A stretch of DNA of 64,000 nucleotides from Thermoplasmata archaeon (GCA_021796385.1 JAJYXQ010000023.1:16807-80806), one strand, 5' to 3'; numbered from the stretch's first letter, positions 48,181-58,839 are shown. The notes: generated by a model not told the origin, from the letters alone. Numbers and translations are program-made.

Positions 48181-50307
48181 GTGCCCGCACACACAACTTC
48201 ATCTGTGGCGGCGGCTCACCCTTCCATGCGCTCGCTCCCGCCCTATCCCGCCTCCCCGCGGCGGAAGGTACAGACGACCTACCATGGCGTCCGGGTGAGC
48301 GAGGACTACCGGTGGCTCGAGCCGTCCAATGCTCCTGAGGTCCGCCGGTGGACCGCCGCGCAGAACCGCTACACGCGGAGCTACCTCGACGCCCTGCCCG
48401 ACCTTCCGGCAATCCGGGCGCGGTACCAGGAAGTGCTCCGGAAGGGCTTCGTGGTCCACGACATGCCGCACGCCGCGGGTGGGCGCTTGTTCGCTCTCCG
48501 CATCGACACCCGGGTCGACCATCCCGTGCTGTCGGTCTATTCCCCGCTGGAGGACCTGGCGGGCATGCGCGTACTGGTCGATCCCTCCCGATGGGACCGC
48601 CGGGGGATGCCGGCGGCCATCAACCATTACGCCGTCTCTCCGGACGGGCGCTACGTGGCCGTGTGCGCCTCCCGGGGAGGAACGGAAGAGGGAGACCTCG
48701 AGGTGCTCGATGGTCGGACCGGACGCTCGACCGGCGAGCTCGTGCACGGGGTGGCCCGGGCCGGCGGCGGGGGCGACATGGTCTGGACCCGGGATGCCCG
48801 GGGGTTCTTCTATTCCCGGTACCCCCGGAAGGGGGAACGGCCGGACCGGGACCTCGACTTCTACCAGCAGGTGTACTTCCACACGCTCGGGACGCCCGAA
48901 CGGTCGGACCGCTACGTCCTCGGCCGGGAATTCCCCCGCATCGCGGAGGTCAAGTTCGAAGGGTCCACCACCCAGGACGCCTATCTCCTCTCGGTGGCCC
49001 ACGGGGACGGGGGAGATTTCGAGCACTGGGGTGGGGACGGTCAAAAGCCTTGGACGCGCCTTTCCCGCCCCGAGGACCGGGTCGTGGGAGGAACCCTCGG
49101 TGCGGATGGCCGGGTCTTTCTCGTATCCCGGAAGGGCGCCCCCTACGGAAAAGTGCTCTCAACGAGGCTCTCCGGAGGCTCCGCCCGGACGGCCTCTTGC
49201 GTGATCGAGGAAGGAGAGTGGATCATCGAGGAGATCCTGGCCACCCCGTCCTTCCTCGTCCTCCGGGAGCAGCTCGGTGGCACCGAGCGTCTTCGGGCCC
49301 TCGAGCTTTCTACCGGGAAGTTCACTTCCCCGATGCTCCCGGAGATCTGTGCGATCCCCTGGTTGACTCGGCTCTTAGGGGACGAAGTCCTCTTCGAAGT
49401 CTCCACCCATCTCGCTCCTCCCCGGGTGCTCCGCTGGCGCTGCGGCGCGAAGGATGCCTGCGAAACCCCCCTATCGGCGAAGCCCCTTGCGGACCTTTCC
49501 CGGTTCGAGGTGGTGCGGGAGGTGGCGGTCTCCCGGGACGGGACCCGGGTCCCCATGAGCCTCGTGCTCCCCCGAGGGCTTCCCAAGAACGGGGAGAATC
49601 CCGTGCTGCTGACCGGCTATGGGGGCTACGGCATCTCCTCCCTGCCCGAGTACGTCCTCTGGGACCTTCCGTGGATCGAGTCCGGAGGCGTAGTGGCCGT
49701 GGCCCACCTCCGGGGGGGAGGGGAGTACGGGGACCGCTGGCATAGGGAGGGGATGCTGACCCGGAAGCAGAACGTCTTCGACGACTTCCTCGCCTGCGCC
49801 GAGCACCTCGTCCGACAAGGATACACCCGGCCCGAACGGTTGGCGATCGAGGGAGGGAGCAACGGCGGCCTTCTGGTCGGCGCAGCGCTCGTCCAGCGGC
49901 CGGACCTGTTCAGCGCCGTCGCGGCGCACGTGGGCATCTTCGACTCCCTGCGCAGCGAACAGGATGTGAACGGCCAGTACAACGTCACCGAGTTCGGAAC
50001 GGTGAAGGACCCGAAGCAGTTCCGCGCGCTCCATGCCTATTCCCCGTACCACCATGTGACCGACGGGACCCGCTACCCGGCGGTACTCTTCACCGCCGGA
50101 GAGAACGACCGGCGGGTGAACCCGTTCCAGTCCCGGAAGATGACCGCGCGTTTGCAAGCGGCGACCGCGTCCGGAGAACCGGTGCTGCTGCGCACGCAGG
50201 CCACGTCGGGCCACTCCTTCACCCGGATCAGCGAGATCGTCGAGGCGCTCTCCGACACCATGGCCTTCCTGATGGACCGTACGCATTTTCCGTACCGCCC
50301 GGTCTGA
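48181..50307 (+). CDS. prolyl oligopeptidase (S9A family); likely true start at about 48226 (MRSLPPYP)
   Basis: N-terminal YHGVRVSEDYRWLE. Catalytic GGSNGG serine motif. Beta-propeller + alpha/beta hydrolase layout. Confidence 0.9.
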   Translation: MPAHTTSSVAAAHPSMRSLPPYPASPRRKVQTTYHGVRVSEDYRWLEPSNAPEVRRWTAAQNRYTRSYLDALPDLPAIRARYQEVLRKGFVVHDMPHAAGGRLFALRIDTRVDHPVLSVYSPLEDLAGMRVLVDPSRWDRRGMPAAINHYAVSPDGRYVAVCASRGGTEEGDLEVLDGRTGRSTGELVHGVARAGGGGDMVWTRDARGFFYSRYPRKGERPDRDLDFYQQVYFHTLGTPERSDRYVLGREFPRIAEVKFEGSTTQDAYLLSVAHGDGGDFEHWGGDGQKPWTRLSRPEDRVVGGTLGADGRVFLVSRKGAPYGKVLSTRLSGGSARTASCVIEEGEWIIEEILATPSFLVLREQLGGTERLRALELSTGKFTSPMLPEICAIPWLTRLLGDEVLFEVSTHLAPPRVLRWRCGAKDACETPLSAKPLADLSRFEVVREVAVSRDGTRVPMSLVLPRGLPKNGENPVLLTGYGGYGISSLPEYVLWDLPWIESGGVVAVAHLRGGGEYGDRWHREGMLTRKQNVFDDFLACAEHLVRQGYTRPERLAIEGGSNGGLLVGAALVQRPDLFSAVAAHVGIFDSLRSEQDVNGQYNVTEFGTVKDPKQFRALHAYSPYHHVTDGTRYPAVLFTAGENDRRVNPFQSRKMTARLQAATASGEPVLLRTQATSGHSFTRISEIVEALSDTMAFLMDRTHFPYRPV

Positions 50308-50323
50308 ATCCGGGACCCCGGCC

Positions 50324-52984
50324 GTGCGCTGCCGTGGCACTAGCATAATAACTCCCCATGCCCTCTCGGCCTTCTTGATGGAGGCGGCGGTTCTCCGGCG
50401 GTCCCGGTCGATCGGCGGGAGAGGGCGCCTAGGCCCTCCTGTGGTATGCTCATCCTCCGCCCTAGTCCTCCTCCTCGCCATCGGGCTCCTCCTTTCGAGT
50501 TCCGTCCCGGTGGCCGAAGCGGCGAGCCTCGTCCACTCCCCGACGGCCCCCCGCCTCACCGCCACGAGCGATTGGACCGATCTCAGCGCGAACTATCCGA
50601 CCCCGCCCTCCAAGCGGGCCTACGGCGGCATGGCCTACGACACCGCCGCCGGTGCGTACATCCTGTTCGGCGGGGAGAACGGCGGTGCGGTCCTCGGGGA
50701 CACCTGGAACTTCACCCTCGCCCATGGCTGGAACGAGCTCTCCTCCTCTTCATCCGTCGCGGCCCGGGCCGACCCGGCTTTCGCCTACGACAGCACCTCC
50801 TCCGAGATCGTCCTCTTCGGGGGGTGCGAAGGGCTCTCGAACTGCCCCGCCGGGGACACCTGGCTCTACTCCGGGGGTGCCTGGACCCAGGACACGACCG
50901 GTACCGCGCCCGCCGCCATGTTGTCCGCCACGATGGCCGACGACCCGGCCGTCGGCGGGGCCGTCATGTTCGGTGGCTGTACCTCGTTCGCCGTCCTGTC
51001 CGGCACGTGCAACACCTTCGTCGCCACCACCTACATCTTCACCGCAACGGCGGGATGGAAACAGATCGCTCCGTCTTCCTCCCCTTCCGCCCGCAGTTCC
51101 CCCTGCATGGCCTACGACCCGACCGACGGCTACCTCCTCTTATTCGGAGGGTACTCGGGCTCGGTCGGCTTCGGCGACACCTGGACCTTCAAGAACAACC
51201 AGTGGACCAACATCACATCGACCCTGTCCGTTTCCCCCGCCCCCCGGTCGTCCTGCGTGATGTTCTGGGACCCCACCCTCGGGCAGGTGGTCATGTTCGG
51301 CGGCAGCGGGCCTTCCTCTTCGGACTTCGGGGACACCTGGGCGTTCATCGGGGGGCATTGGACGGAGCTTGCCGCCTCGGGTGGCCCGTCCCCCCGGGAA
51401 GGAGCGATGTGGGGCGCCCCGAACTCCGGGCCCCCCGTCCTCTTCGCGGGACAGTCGAACGGCACCTATGACACGGACACCTGGAGCTTCAGCGTGCCCC
51501 TCACGGTGACCGCGGCCGTCACTCCCAGTTCCGTCGATGTCAACCAATCCGTGTCCTTCTCGGCCACGGCCGCCGGAGGACAGGGCCCGTATTCCTACTC
51601 TTGGAGCTTCGGGGACGGACAGCAATCCGCCGTGGGGAACACTTCCCATACCTACACCTCTCCGAGCGCCCCGACCTACACCGCCGTCGTGACGTTGAAG
51701 GATGGCGCCGGCGGGACGGTGACCCACTCCTTCACCGTGACGGTGGCACCGGACCCTCAGGTATCGGCGGCCGCCTCCCCCACGACGGCGCTCGAGGGAA
51801 AGAACATCTCCTTCTCGGCGAGCCCCACGGGGGGGACCGGACCGTTCCAATACCTGTGGACCTTCGGGGATGGCTCGAACGCCACCCTGCAGAACCCCAC
51901 CCATGCATACAAGGGCGCGGGCAACTACTCATCCCGCGTCGTCCTCACGGATGCCACCGGGGTCACCGCATCCGCGACCGTGAACGTCTCCATCGCGGCG
52001 CCCCCGGGCGCCCTCTCGGTCTCCTTCACGGCGACCCCCACCTCGGGCACGGCTCCCCTCACCGTGCACTTCACCCCCCACGTCACGGGAGGGAAGACGC
52101 CCTATGCATACCGGTGGACGTTCGGCAACGGCTCGGCGTCCTCGACCGTGACGAACCCGGTGTACACCTACGGAGCGAGCGGGGTGTTTCCGGCGGAACT
52201 CAATGTCACCGACGGTTCAGGCAACACCTCCACCTACAGCCAGTCCATCTCGGTGTCCGCGCCCGCCTTCTCCGTGCTCGTCTCGGCGACCCCCACGAGC
52301 GGCCCGGCCCCCCTCACGGTCTCGTTCGTCTCGACGATCTTAGGCGGCGCCGCCCCTTTCACCTACGCCTGGGATTTCGGAGGCACGCAGGTCTCCACCG
52401 CCGCCAATCCCACGCACACGTTCAACAGTTCCGGATCCTACAACGTCACGCTCCGAGTGACCGATGCGCCCTCCGCAGGACAGGTAGCCGATGCCTGGGT
52501 CCTCGTGAACGTGACCGCCATCGCCCCGCTCCAGGCGACCGTCCAACCCGGCGGTTGCGTGAGCGCGGGATCCGCCATGACCTTCAGCACGAGCGTGAGC
52601 GGGGGGACCGCCCCCTATGCCTACAATTGGACCTTCGGGGATGGTACCCCGGTGGTCACGACGAGCGCCCCCTCGGTCACCCACACCTACAATCTCTCCG
52701 GAAGTTACGCTCTTTCGGTGCGGGTGACGGACTCCGCGCAACGGTCCACCGTGACCAACCTTTCGGTGACCGTGGTCGGGGCGGGACAGTGCACATCGTC
52801 CGGCCACCCCGGGACGGCGGGAAGCGCGGGCTTCACCCCGATGACGTGGCTCGCCCTCTTTGCCCCGATCGCGCTCCTATCGGCGATCACGCTCCTCACG
52901 TTCGCGGGATTCCGCGGACGACCCCCGAAGCAACGGACCGTTCCATCTCCCGAGGCAGAGACGGAGCCACCCGCCTTCGCTTGA
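50324..52984 (+). CDS. cell-surface protein with Kelch-type beta-propeller, multiple PKD domains and C-terminal TM anchor
   Basis: Kelch-like GDTW..F repeats. Five PKD repeats (W.FGDG..S....P.HTY...G.Y...L.VTD). C-terminal TWLALFAPIALLSAITLLTFAGFRGRP. Confidence 0.8.
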   Translation: MRCRGTSIITPHALSAFLMEAAVLRRSRSIGGRGRLGPPVVCSSSALVLLLAIGLLLSSSVPVAEAASLVHSPTAPRLTATSDWTDLSANYPTPPSKRAYGGMAYDTAAGAYILFGGENGGAVLGDTWNFTLAHGWNELSSSSSVAARADPAFAYDSTSSEIVLFGGCEGLSNCPAGDTWLYSGGAWTQDTTGTAPAAMLSATMADDPAVGGAVMFGGCTSFAVLSGTCNTFVATTYIFTATAGWKQIAPSSSPSARSSPCMAYDPTDGYLLLFGGYSGSVGFGDTWTFKNNQWTNITSTLSVSPAPRSSCVMFWDPTLGQVVMFGGSGPSSSDFGDTWAFIGGHWTELAASGGPSPREGAMWGAPNSGPPVLFAGQSNGTYDTDTWSFSVPLTVTAAVTPSSVDVNQSVSFSATAAGGQGPYSYSWSFGDGQQSAVGNTSHTYTSPSAPTYTAVVTLKDGAGGTVTHSFTVTVAPDPQVSAAASPTTALEGKNISFSASPTGGTGPFQYLWTFGDGSNATLQNPTHAYKGAGNYSSRVVLTDATGVTASATVNVSIAAPPGALSVSFTATPTSGTAPLTVHFTPHVTGGKTPYAYRWTFGNGSASSTVTNPVYTYGASGVFPAELNVTDGSGNTSTYSQSISVSAPAFSVLVSATPTSGPAPLTVSFVSTILGGAAPFTYAWDFGGTQVSTAANPTHTFNSSGSYNVTLRVTDAPSAGQVADAWVLVNVTAIAPLQATVQPGGCVSAGSAMTFSTSVSGGTAPYAYNWTFGDGTPVVTTSAPSVTHTYNLSGSYALSVRVTDSAQRSTVTNLSVTVVGAGQCTSSGHPGTAGSAGFTPMTWLALFAPIALLSAITLLTFAGFRGRPPKQRTVPSPEAETEPPAFA

Positions 52985-52995
52985 GGGGACCGGAC

Positions 52996-53475
52996 CTACG
53001 GGAATGCGTTCGCTTCCGGGGGAAGCCGCGCCTTCAGGAGGAAGCCGGCATGCATCATCAGGGAGAAGGCGATGCCCCGCACCACGAGCCCGCTCCCCAG
53101 AAGCCCGAGGCTCGAAAGCGTGAGGTCCATCTCGAGCGTCCCCGAGGAACTGCCGGAGGAGCCCCCCACCACCCCGTTGATGATCAGCGCAAGGTCGAGC
53201 GCGAGGAGCACGACGGCGATCCCGATGGCGAGCCATGCGATGCTGTAGAGGAACGCCCCCTGCTTGTGCCGACGGAGCGCGTTGGCCATCCACGGGTCCA
53301 GATCCTCTAACGACTGCGGCACCGGGACCGGGATGGGAGGGCCGAAGGCGGGGCCTGGCACATTCCCGGGCATCGAGGAGTATCCCTGATGGACCTGCTG
53401 GGGAGAGTACACGGCCCGAGGTGGGGGAGCCACGACACTTTGCGAAGGGTGGGAGCACATTAGCCTTTTGCCCAC
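52996..53475 (-). CDS. small Pro-rich membrane protein (weak call)
   Basis: Pro-rich N-terminus then two hydrophobic helices. Convergent with the upstream gene. Confidence 0.35.
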   Translation of the reverse strand: MGKRLMCSHPSQSVVAPPPRAVYSPQQVHQGYSSMPGNVPGPAFGPPIPVPVPQSLEDLDPWMANALRRHKQGAFLYSIAWLAIGIAVVLLALDLALIINGVVGGSSGSSSGTLEMDLTLSSLGLLGSGLVVRGIAFSLMMHAGFLLKARLPPEANAFP

Positions 53476-55612
53476 CGGAAATGCGGTGGTATCCCATGAA
53501 TACTTCCTCCCGAGCGGGAGAGAACGTAGATGGAGGACTGGTGGCGGGACCGAAGGCAGCGGCGGTCGAGGACCTCTTGGACATAACTGGGGAAAACCTG
53601 CTCAGTGGGTTCACCCAGGGCTTCGAGAAGAAGGAAGTTATCGTGGGATACTATACCCGCTCGTGCCCCAGCAAATGCTCATATACCCAAAACCAGATTG
53701 GAATGTCGTGGCGTATCCCTGCCGCTGGAGGCTCTGGCGCAGCGCGACGCTCGTGGTTGTCCTTTCGTCTCTGGTAGCCGTGGGAGGGTTACAACCTGGC
53801 TTCGGTTCTCCGGGGACTGCTCTAGGGACAAGGCTCCAAGCGGCAGAGCCCCCTGTTCTGAGCCCTTACATTGCACCGCTATCCCGCCCGCCAGGGGTAC
53901 CGCCCCTCACCGCGACTGGATGGCGCGTTTCCCATACGCTGGATCTTTGCACCAACACGTTGTACCCAGGCAATGACCTGCCCACAGATTGCCCTGGTTT
54001 GTACCCGGATGCCTTGGCGTACGACAGCGGCAAGGGGGAGGCGTTCGTATTGAACGAGCACTCGGACAACGTGAGTGTGGTCTCCGATGCGACGAACAAG
54101 GTGGTCGCATCTATCCCGGTGGGTACCTTTGCGCAAGGGATCGTCTATGACCGTGGGAAAGGGGAAATCTTCGTCAGCAACTACGGTTCGAACAACGTGA
54201 CCGTGATCTCCGATGCCACGAACAAAGCTGTGGCGAGCATCCCCCTCAGCGTCCCTCTGGGGCTCGACTACGATAGTGGAAAGGGCGAGGTCTTCGTGGC
54301 GGACGGGGTCGCGAACAATGTGAGCATCGTCTCGGATTCCACGAACAAGGTGGTGGCCGGGATCCCGGTGGGGCCTAACTCTAATCCGGATGGCGTGGCC
54401 TATGACAGCGGCAAGGGTGAGATCTTCGTCTCGAACGAGAACGCCGGCAACGTGAGCATCATCTCGGATGCGACCGACAAGATCGTAGCCTCGGTCGCCG
54501 CGGGGACCAATCCCGACGCGGAGGCTTATGACAGCGCCAAGGGCGAGGTCTTCGTGGGGTTCGCTTTCGTCGCTTCGTCTAGTGTGAGCGTGATCTCAGA
54601 CTCCAAAGACTCCATGCTAACGACTGTCAGCGGATTGGGCTATGCTCAGAGTGGCATCGCTTATGACAGCGCGACGGGTCAGGTCCTTGTGTCGAACTTG
54701 GACTCGGACAACGTCAGCGTGATCTCGGACGCAACGAACACGGTCACGGCGGGCATCGCCGTGGGTTCAGAACCGACGGACTTGGTGGTCGACAGCGGGA
54801 ATGGCGAAGTCTTGGTCACCAATGCCAAGTCGGGGACCCTCTCCATTTTGACTCCTAGTGCACCCACAGGGGGTCCCACCATAAGTTCCTTCATGGCAAG
54901 TCCGTCGACCCTAAGTTTGGGAGAAAGCACGACGTTCACGGTAACCGCCAGTGGGGGCACCGGAGTCCTGGGATACGCTTACGCCGGCCTGCCGTCCGGA
55001 TGCTCGAGCGCGGATTCCGACAACCTAGTGTGCACTCCCAGCGAATCCGGGACCTTCTCCGTGCGCGCGTACGTGAACGATACGGTGGGAAACAGCGCGA
55101 ACGATACCACCGTTCTGACGGTTTCTGGGACGACGGGAACCGGGGGCATGACCATCTCCTCGTTCCTCGCTTCCCCCAACCCGGTCTCGGTTGACCAGTC
55201 CACGACTTTCATTGTGATCTCAAGTGGTGGAACGCCACCCTATGTCTATACTTACACGGGTCTCCCTCCCGGGTGCGCTTCGTCGAACTCCCCCACGATG
55301 ACCTGCACTCCCTCTACGGCCGGTGGCTACGTGCCCCGGGTTTTCGTGAACGACAGTGCGGGGCACTACGTGACGACCACCACCACGCTGACCGTCACGC
55401 CGAACCCCCAGGCGCAGAGTGGGTCCAGTGGCTTCCTCGGTTTCTGGGGCGTGGCCGCAGACCTCGTCGTCTTGGGTGTCCTAGTTTCTACAGTCGTCGC
55501 GGTCGTCGTTGCACTCTACCTGGTCCGGAAGAGCAGGTCCTCGCCGCCACCTCCCCCACCCCCCCCCGGACCCGTCTACCCACCGGCTAACCCGCCCCCT
55601 CCACTCCACTAA
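53468..55612 (+). CDS. cell-surface protein with YVTN/NHL beta-propeller repeats, Ig-like repeats and C-terminal TM anchor with PPPPPPPG tail (paralog)
   Basis: Repeats GKGE(A/I/V)FV.N..S.NVSV(V/I)SD x8. C-terminal FWGVAADLVVLGVLVSTVVAVVVALYLVRKSRSSPPPPPPPP. Confidence 0.75.
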   Translation: MPTGNAVVSHEYFLPSGRERRWRTGGGTEGSGGRGPLGHNWGKPAQWVHPGLREEGSYRGILYPLVPQQMLIYPKPDWNVVAYPCRWRLWRSATLVVVLSSLVAVGGLQPGFGSPGTALGTRLQAAEPPVLSPYIAPLSRPPGVPPLTATGWRVSHTLDLCTNTLYPGNDLPTDCPGLYPDALAYDSGKGEAFVLNEHSDNVSVVSDATNKVVASIPVGTFAQGIVYDRGKGEIFVSNYGSNNVTVISDATNKAVASIPLSVPLGLDYDSGKGEVFVADGVANNVSIVSDSTNKVVAGIPVGPNSNPDGVAYDSGKGEIFVSNENAGNVSIISDATDKIVASVAAGTNPDAEAYDSAKGEVFVGFAFVASSSVSVISDSKDSMLTTVSGLGYAQSGIAYDSATGQVLVSNLDSDNVSVISDATNTVTAGIAVGSEPTDLVVDSGNGEVLVTNAKSGTLSILTPSAPTGGPTISSFMASPSTLSLGESTTFTVTASGGTGVLGYAYAGLPSGCSSADSDNLVCTPSESGTFSVRAYVNDTVGNSANDTTVLTVSGTTGTGGMTISSFLASPNPVSVDQSTTFIVISSGGTPPYVYTYTGLPPGCASSNSPTMTCTPSTAGGYVPRVFVNDSAGHYVTTTTTLTVTPNPQAQSGSSGFLGFWGVAADLVVLGVLVSTVVAVVVALYLVRKSRSSPPPPPPPPGPVYPPANPPPPLH

Positions 55613-56053
55613 GGATCGCTTGGTGAGGTTACTTCACAGAGCTCCTCCACTCTGGGAGGGCCCCCCATTCAAAGCACGAATCCGGGAGCGCCCCCTCACC
55701 GTGAACTAAGCGAACCTCTCGACCGTGGTGGCGAGCCCCTCTTGGACGGTGTATCCCCGAATGGGCTGCGATCCGTGCTCTCGCGAGCACCATCCCCACA
55801 TCCCGCCACCGGCGAGAATCCTTCTTCCGGGTTGCAAGTTGAATGTCAAGAGGCTTCGATGGGACCGCTGAACCAGTACGGCCTAACCTTGGGTTGTTCG
55901 CTTTCGACACTTACGGTGGAGGTGACGGCCTTACCCATGACTTGTTTGAACAATCCCCCGAAACCCTGGTTCGGGTCCGGGTTCCGCAAGGCGCCATGCG
56001 GAGGACCTCTTTCACCGCGATAGCCTAAAGCCCGGTGCGGCTCCCTGGCCTTT

Positions 56054-56956
56054 GTGGTACCCACCCGGCCGACACGATCGAAGCGATCGCTCCGACCCGC
56101 TCCCCTGAAACGCATCGACCCACGCGTGGTCCGTGGCTTCAGTCTCGGGTCGGAAGCCTACGAGAAGTCCCGTCCGGATTACCCCGACGAGGCGCGTGCG
56201 TTCCTCACCCGGACCTTTGGTCTCGGGCCCGGCAAGACGATCGTCGAGATCGGCGCCGGGACGGGAAAATGGACCCGGCAACTCTGCGCCACGGGGGCAC
56301 GGGTGATCGCCGTGGAACCGTTGCCCGCGATGCGCCGGATGCTCCGTCAGGCCGTCCCTGGGGTCCGGGTCGTGGCCCGCCGGGGCGAGAGGACCGGTCT
56401 CCCCGCCGCCTCCACCGACCTCGTCACCATCGCCCAGGCCATGCACTGGCTGGATGCCCCCCGTGCGCTCGAGGAGTTCCGTCGCATCCTCCGTCCGGGG
56501 GGCGGAGTGGCCGTGGTCTACAACGAGCGCCGGGAACAGGGGATCCGCGGGAAGCGGATGAAGGCCCTCCTGGATTCCTACCGGCCCAAACGGGCGTGGG
56601 AATACACCTCCGGCCGATGGAAGTGGGCCCTCCGGGAGGATGCCGCCTTCGAGCCACTCCGGCTCTTCCGGTTCCGGAACCGGCAACTCTTCGACAAGGC
56701 GGGGATGATGGACCGCTACCGAAGCATCAGCTTCATCTCCGCACTACCCCCCGGTCGCCGGGCGGCATTCTTCCGAAAGCTCGACCGATTGCTCGATGAG
56801 GAGGCGGCCCGGACCGGGAGCCGGCACTACACCATCCACTACCACGGCAAGATCTACTGGACCCGGCTCGCCCGGAATTCAGGTGGGGTGGACCGTTCGC
56901 CCGCACCCCGGAGGCTCCGTCCACCGAAGACCCGGTCTGCCCCAGTTGCAAATTAG
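56054..56956 (+). CDS. class I SAM-dependent methyltransferase (type 11-like)
   Basis: Motif I IVEIGAGTGKWTRQL, VIAVEP, motif II DLVTIAQAMHWL. Confidence 0.8.
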   Translation: MVPTRPTRSKRSLRPAPLKRIDPRVVRGFSLGSEAYEKSRPDYPDEARAFLTRTFGLGPGKTIVEIGAGTGKWTRQLCATGARVIAVEPLPAMRRMLRQAVPGVRVVARRGERTGLPAASTDLVTIAQAMHWLDAPRALEEFRRILRPGGGVAVVYNERREQGIRGKRMKALLDSYRPKRAWEYTSGRWKWALREDAAFEPLRLFRFRNRQLFDKAGMMDRYRSISFISALPPGRRAAFFRKLDRLLDEEAARTGSRHYTIHYHGKIYWTRLARNSGGVDRSPAPRRLRPPKTRSAPVAN

Positions 56957-57284
56957 TGAGGTTTGTGAACGTACGGGTTTCATTACCGGTCGATGCGTTC
57001 GGGGTCCATGCCGCACCCGAGGAACCCTGGGCGCCACCGAAGTGGCCGCGCTCAAGGAGGTCGACGCTTTCGTGATGTTCTGGGGTCCCGGCGATAGCGA
57101 CCGGTTCGATCTGCTGGACGGCAAGGCCGCCGACGAGGTCACCGCTTGGGACGCATCCCCGAATCCGCAGCAGATCCCAAACGAACTCCGGCACCCGCAG
57201 GAAGGAAAAGATGGATGTCGGACCCACCCAAGGGACCTTCACCACGATCTCCCCGGCCGGTGTGTCCTGCTCTCGTACCGGGGA

Positions 57285-58184
57285 TCAGACCCCGACAACG
57301 CCGGGCCTGAGGATGTGTGCGATGGTGAGGGGGACCAGGGGGTCCACCCCCGGTTCGGACTTCACATGATACGTGTCTTGTGTGGTGAACTGCTGGGTGT
57401 GGACCCGGGCGAGTACCGTCCGACCCGTGGCATCGGTGACCTTCAGGTTGTCGCTGACGGCATCGGCCGAACTCTTCCAAGAGACGGGACCTCCGGGGAA
57501 GCCCCCGGTCAACTTGTCCCCAGAAACGAGTCGCGGGTCCGTCCGGAACTCAAGGCAGGGAGTCCACCCTGCCCCCACGAGCGTGTGGACCTGGGTCGAG
57601 TCCGGATAGATCCGATCGAAGACCACCGCCCCGACCTCCCCCCCTCGGAGGAGGGCGAACTGCAGGTCCCCGAGGTGAGCCAATTCTTGCGGAGGGGGAT
57701 TCGTGGACGAGGAAACGCACGGTGAAAAACGAAAGATCTCCCGGTCCGCCTCGTCGAAGACCCCGTACGTCTTCTGTACGGGATGGTTGACCGGGATGGG
57801 GATGAGTCCGATCCCCCGTCCGTAGAACATCTTTAGGGACGAACTGGAAGGACCCGAGCCGGCCTTGAGGTCCCGGACCGTGAACTGGGTGTGCCCGGTG
57901 ACCCCCAGCCAAGAGGAAAGTTGCGAGAGGGTGGTTTGCGCTTTGGAGGGATCCTGCCCGGGTGTGGGTTGGGACCGCTCTCGAGCGGTCATCTTGGCCT
58001 CCTGCTGCCCCTGGACGAGGTAAATCCCGCCGCCCAGCGCGATGATCCCGCCAAGGAGGAGGAGAAGCAGGGAGAGATCGCCCCTCCCGAGTCCCCCCCA
58101 CCCCAACACCCCAACGAGGCCGACTAAGAACAGGAGGAGCCCAAAAACCAAGGCGGCAGCGCCGGTGGCGAGGTCCTTGTTCAT
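57285..58184 (-). CDS. membrane-anchored hypothetical protein
   Basis: Two N-terminal TM helices rich in G/L, then a soluble domain without known motifs. Confidence 0.5.
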   Translation of the reverse strand: MNKDLATGAAALVFGLLLFLVGLVGVLGWGGLGRGDLSLLLLLLGGIIALGGGIYLVQGQQEAKMTARERSQPTPGQDPSKAQTTLSQLSSWLGVTGHTQFTVRDLKAGSGPSSSSLKMFYGRGIGLIPIPVNHPVQKTYGVFDEADREIFRFSPCVSSSTNPPPQELAHLGDLQFALLRGGEVGAVVFDRIYPDSTQVHTLVGAGWTPCLEFRTDPRLVSGDKLTGGFPGGPVSWKSSADAVSDNLKVTDATGRTVLARVHTQQFTTQDTYHVKSEPGVDPLVPLTIAHILRPGVVGV

Positions 58185-58398
58185 GCCCTACCCCCAAGCG
58201 GTGTCCAAGCCTTCATTGGCTCACACCGTGCATAAGGATCCATGGTGGCCCTAAGACCAAAGGATACGACTTCGACCCTATCAATCCTGCGACCCTATTC
58301 GGGGTACCTCGTTCGCCAAGGTCTCGCAAGGGACCCTCATGGTCGAACGGGTGGTGGAGCCTCCTGTCGCACGTTCCGGTCGGGCTCCCCCTTGGGGG

Positions 58399-58839
58399 CT
58401 ACTCGAGCCGGGCGGTGACCGAGATCGCCACGTTCCCGGCGAGGGCCTGGGAGATCGGGCATCCCTTCTCCCCGGTGGTACGGGCAAGCTCCGCGAACTT
58501 GGCCGCGTCCACTCCGGGCACCTTGGCCGCCACCGTAAGATGCATCCGCGTGACCTTGAAGCCGTCCCCCACCTTCTCAAAGGTCGCCTCGGCCTGCACC
58601 TGCAAGTGCTCGACCGGGGTTCCCGCCTTCGCCAGGCCATGCGAGAGCGCCATGGCAAAGCAGGCGGCGTGGGCTCCGGCAAGCAGTTCTTCCGGGCTCG
58701 TCTTGCCCTCTGCAGCTTCCGCTCGGGCGCGCCAGGAAATCGGTACTTCGGGCAGGGCCTTCGATTCGAACCCCACCGTCCCTTTGCCGCTCATCAGGTC
58801 TCCTTGCCAGTGTGCGCTCGCCTTGCGTATCATCGCCAT
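58399..58839 (-). CDS. OsmC/Ohr-family peroxiredoxin-like protein
   Basis: ELLAGAHAACFAMAL and GCPIS motifs containing the two conserved OsmC cysteines. Confidence 0.85.
   Translation of the reverse strand: MAMIRKASAHWQGDLMSGKGTVGFESKALPEVPISWRARAEAAEGKTSPEELLAGAHAACFAMALSHGLAKAGTPVEHLQVQAEATFEKVGDGFKVTRMHLTVAAKVPGVDAAKFAELARTTGEKGCPISQALAGNVAISVTARLE

Noticed and set aside
45458-48192. Several long minus-strand ORFs (422, 380, 341 aa) antisense to the P-type ATPase gene
   Set aside because: The P-type ATPase has all canonical motifs on the plus strand. The antisense ORFs are low-complexity.
48199-50565. Long antisense and alternative-frame ORFs (281, 291, 465, 364 aa) across the prolyl oligopeptidase gene
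   Set aside because: The POP gene has a clear catalytic motif and N-terminal signature. The alternatives are Arg/Pro-rich artefacts.
51601-53310. 569-aa plus-strand alternative-frame ORF and several minus ORFs over the Kelch/PKD surface protein gene
   Set aside because: The in-frame gene shows repeated PKD/Kelch units. The others lack structure and are low-complexity.
56035-57725. Overlapping 254-aa and 309-aa ORFs around the type-11 methyltransferase gene and the downstream intergenic region
   Set aside because: Out of frame with the MTase (which has motifs I/II). The 56796-57725 ORF is antisense to the 57285-58184 membrane protein gene and is Arg/Pro-rich.
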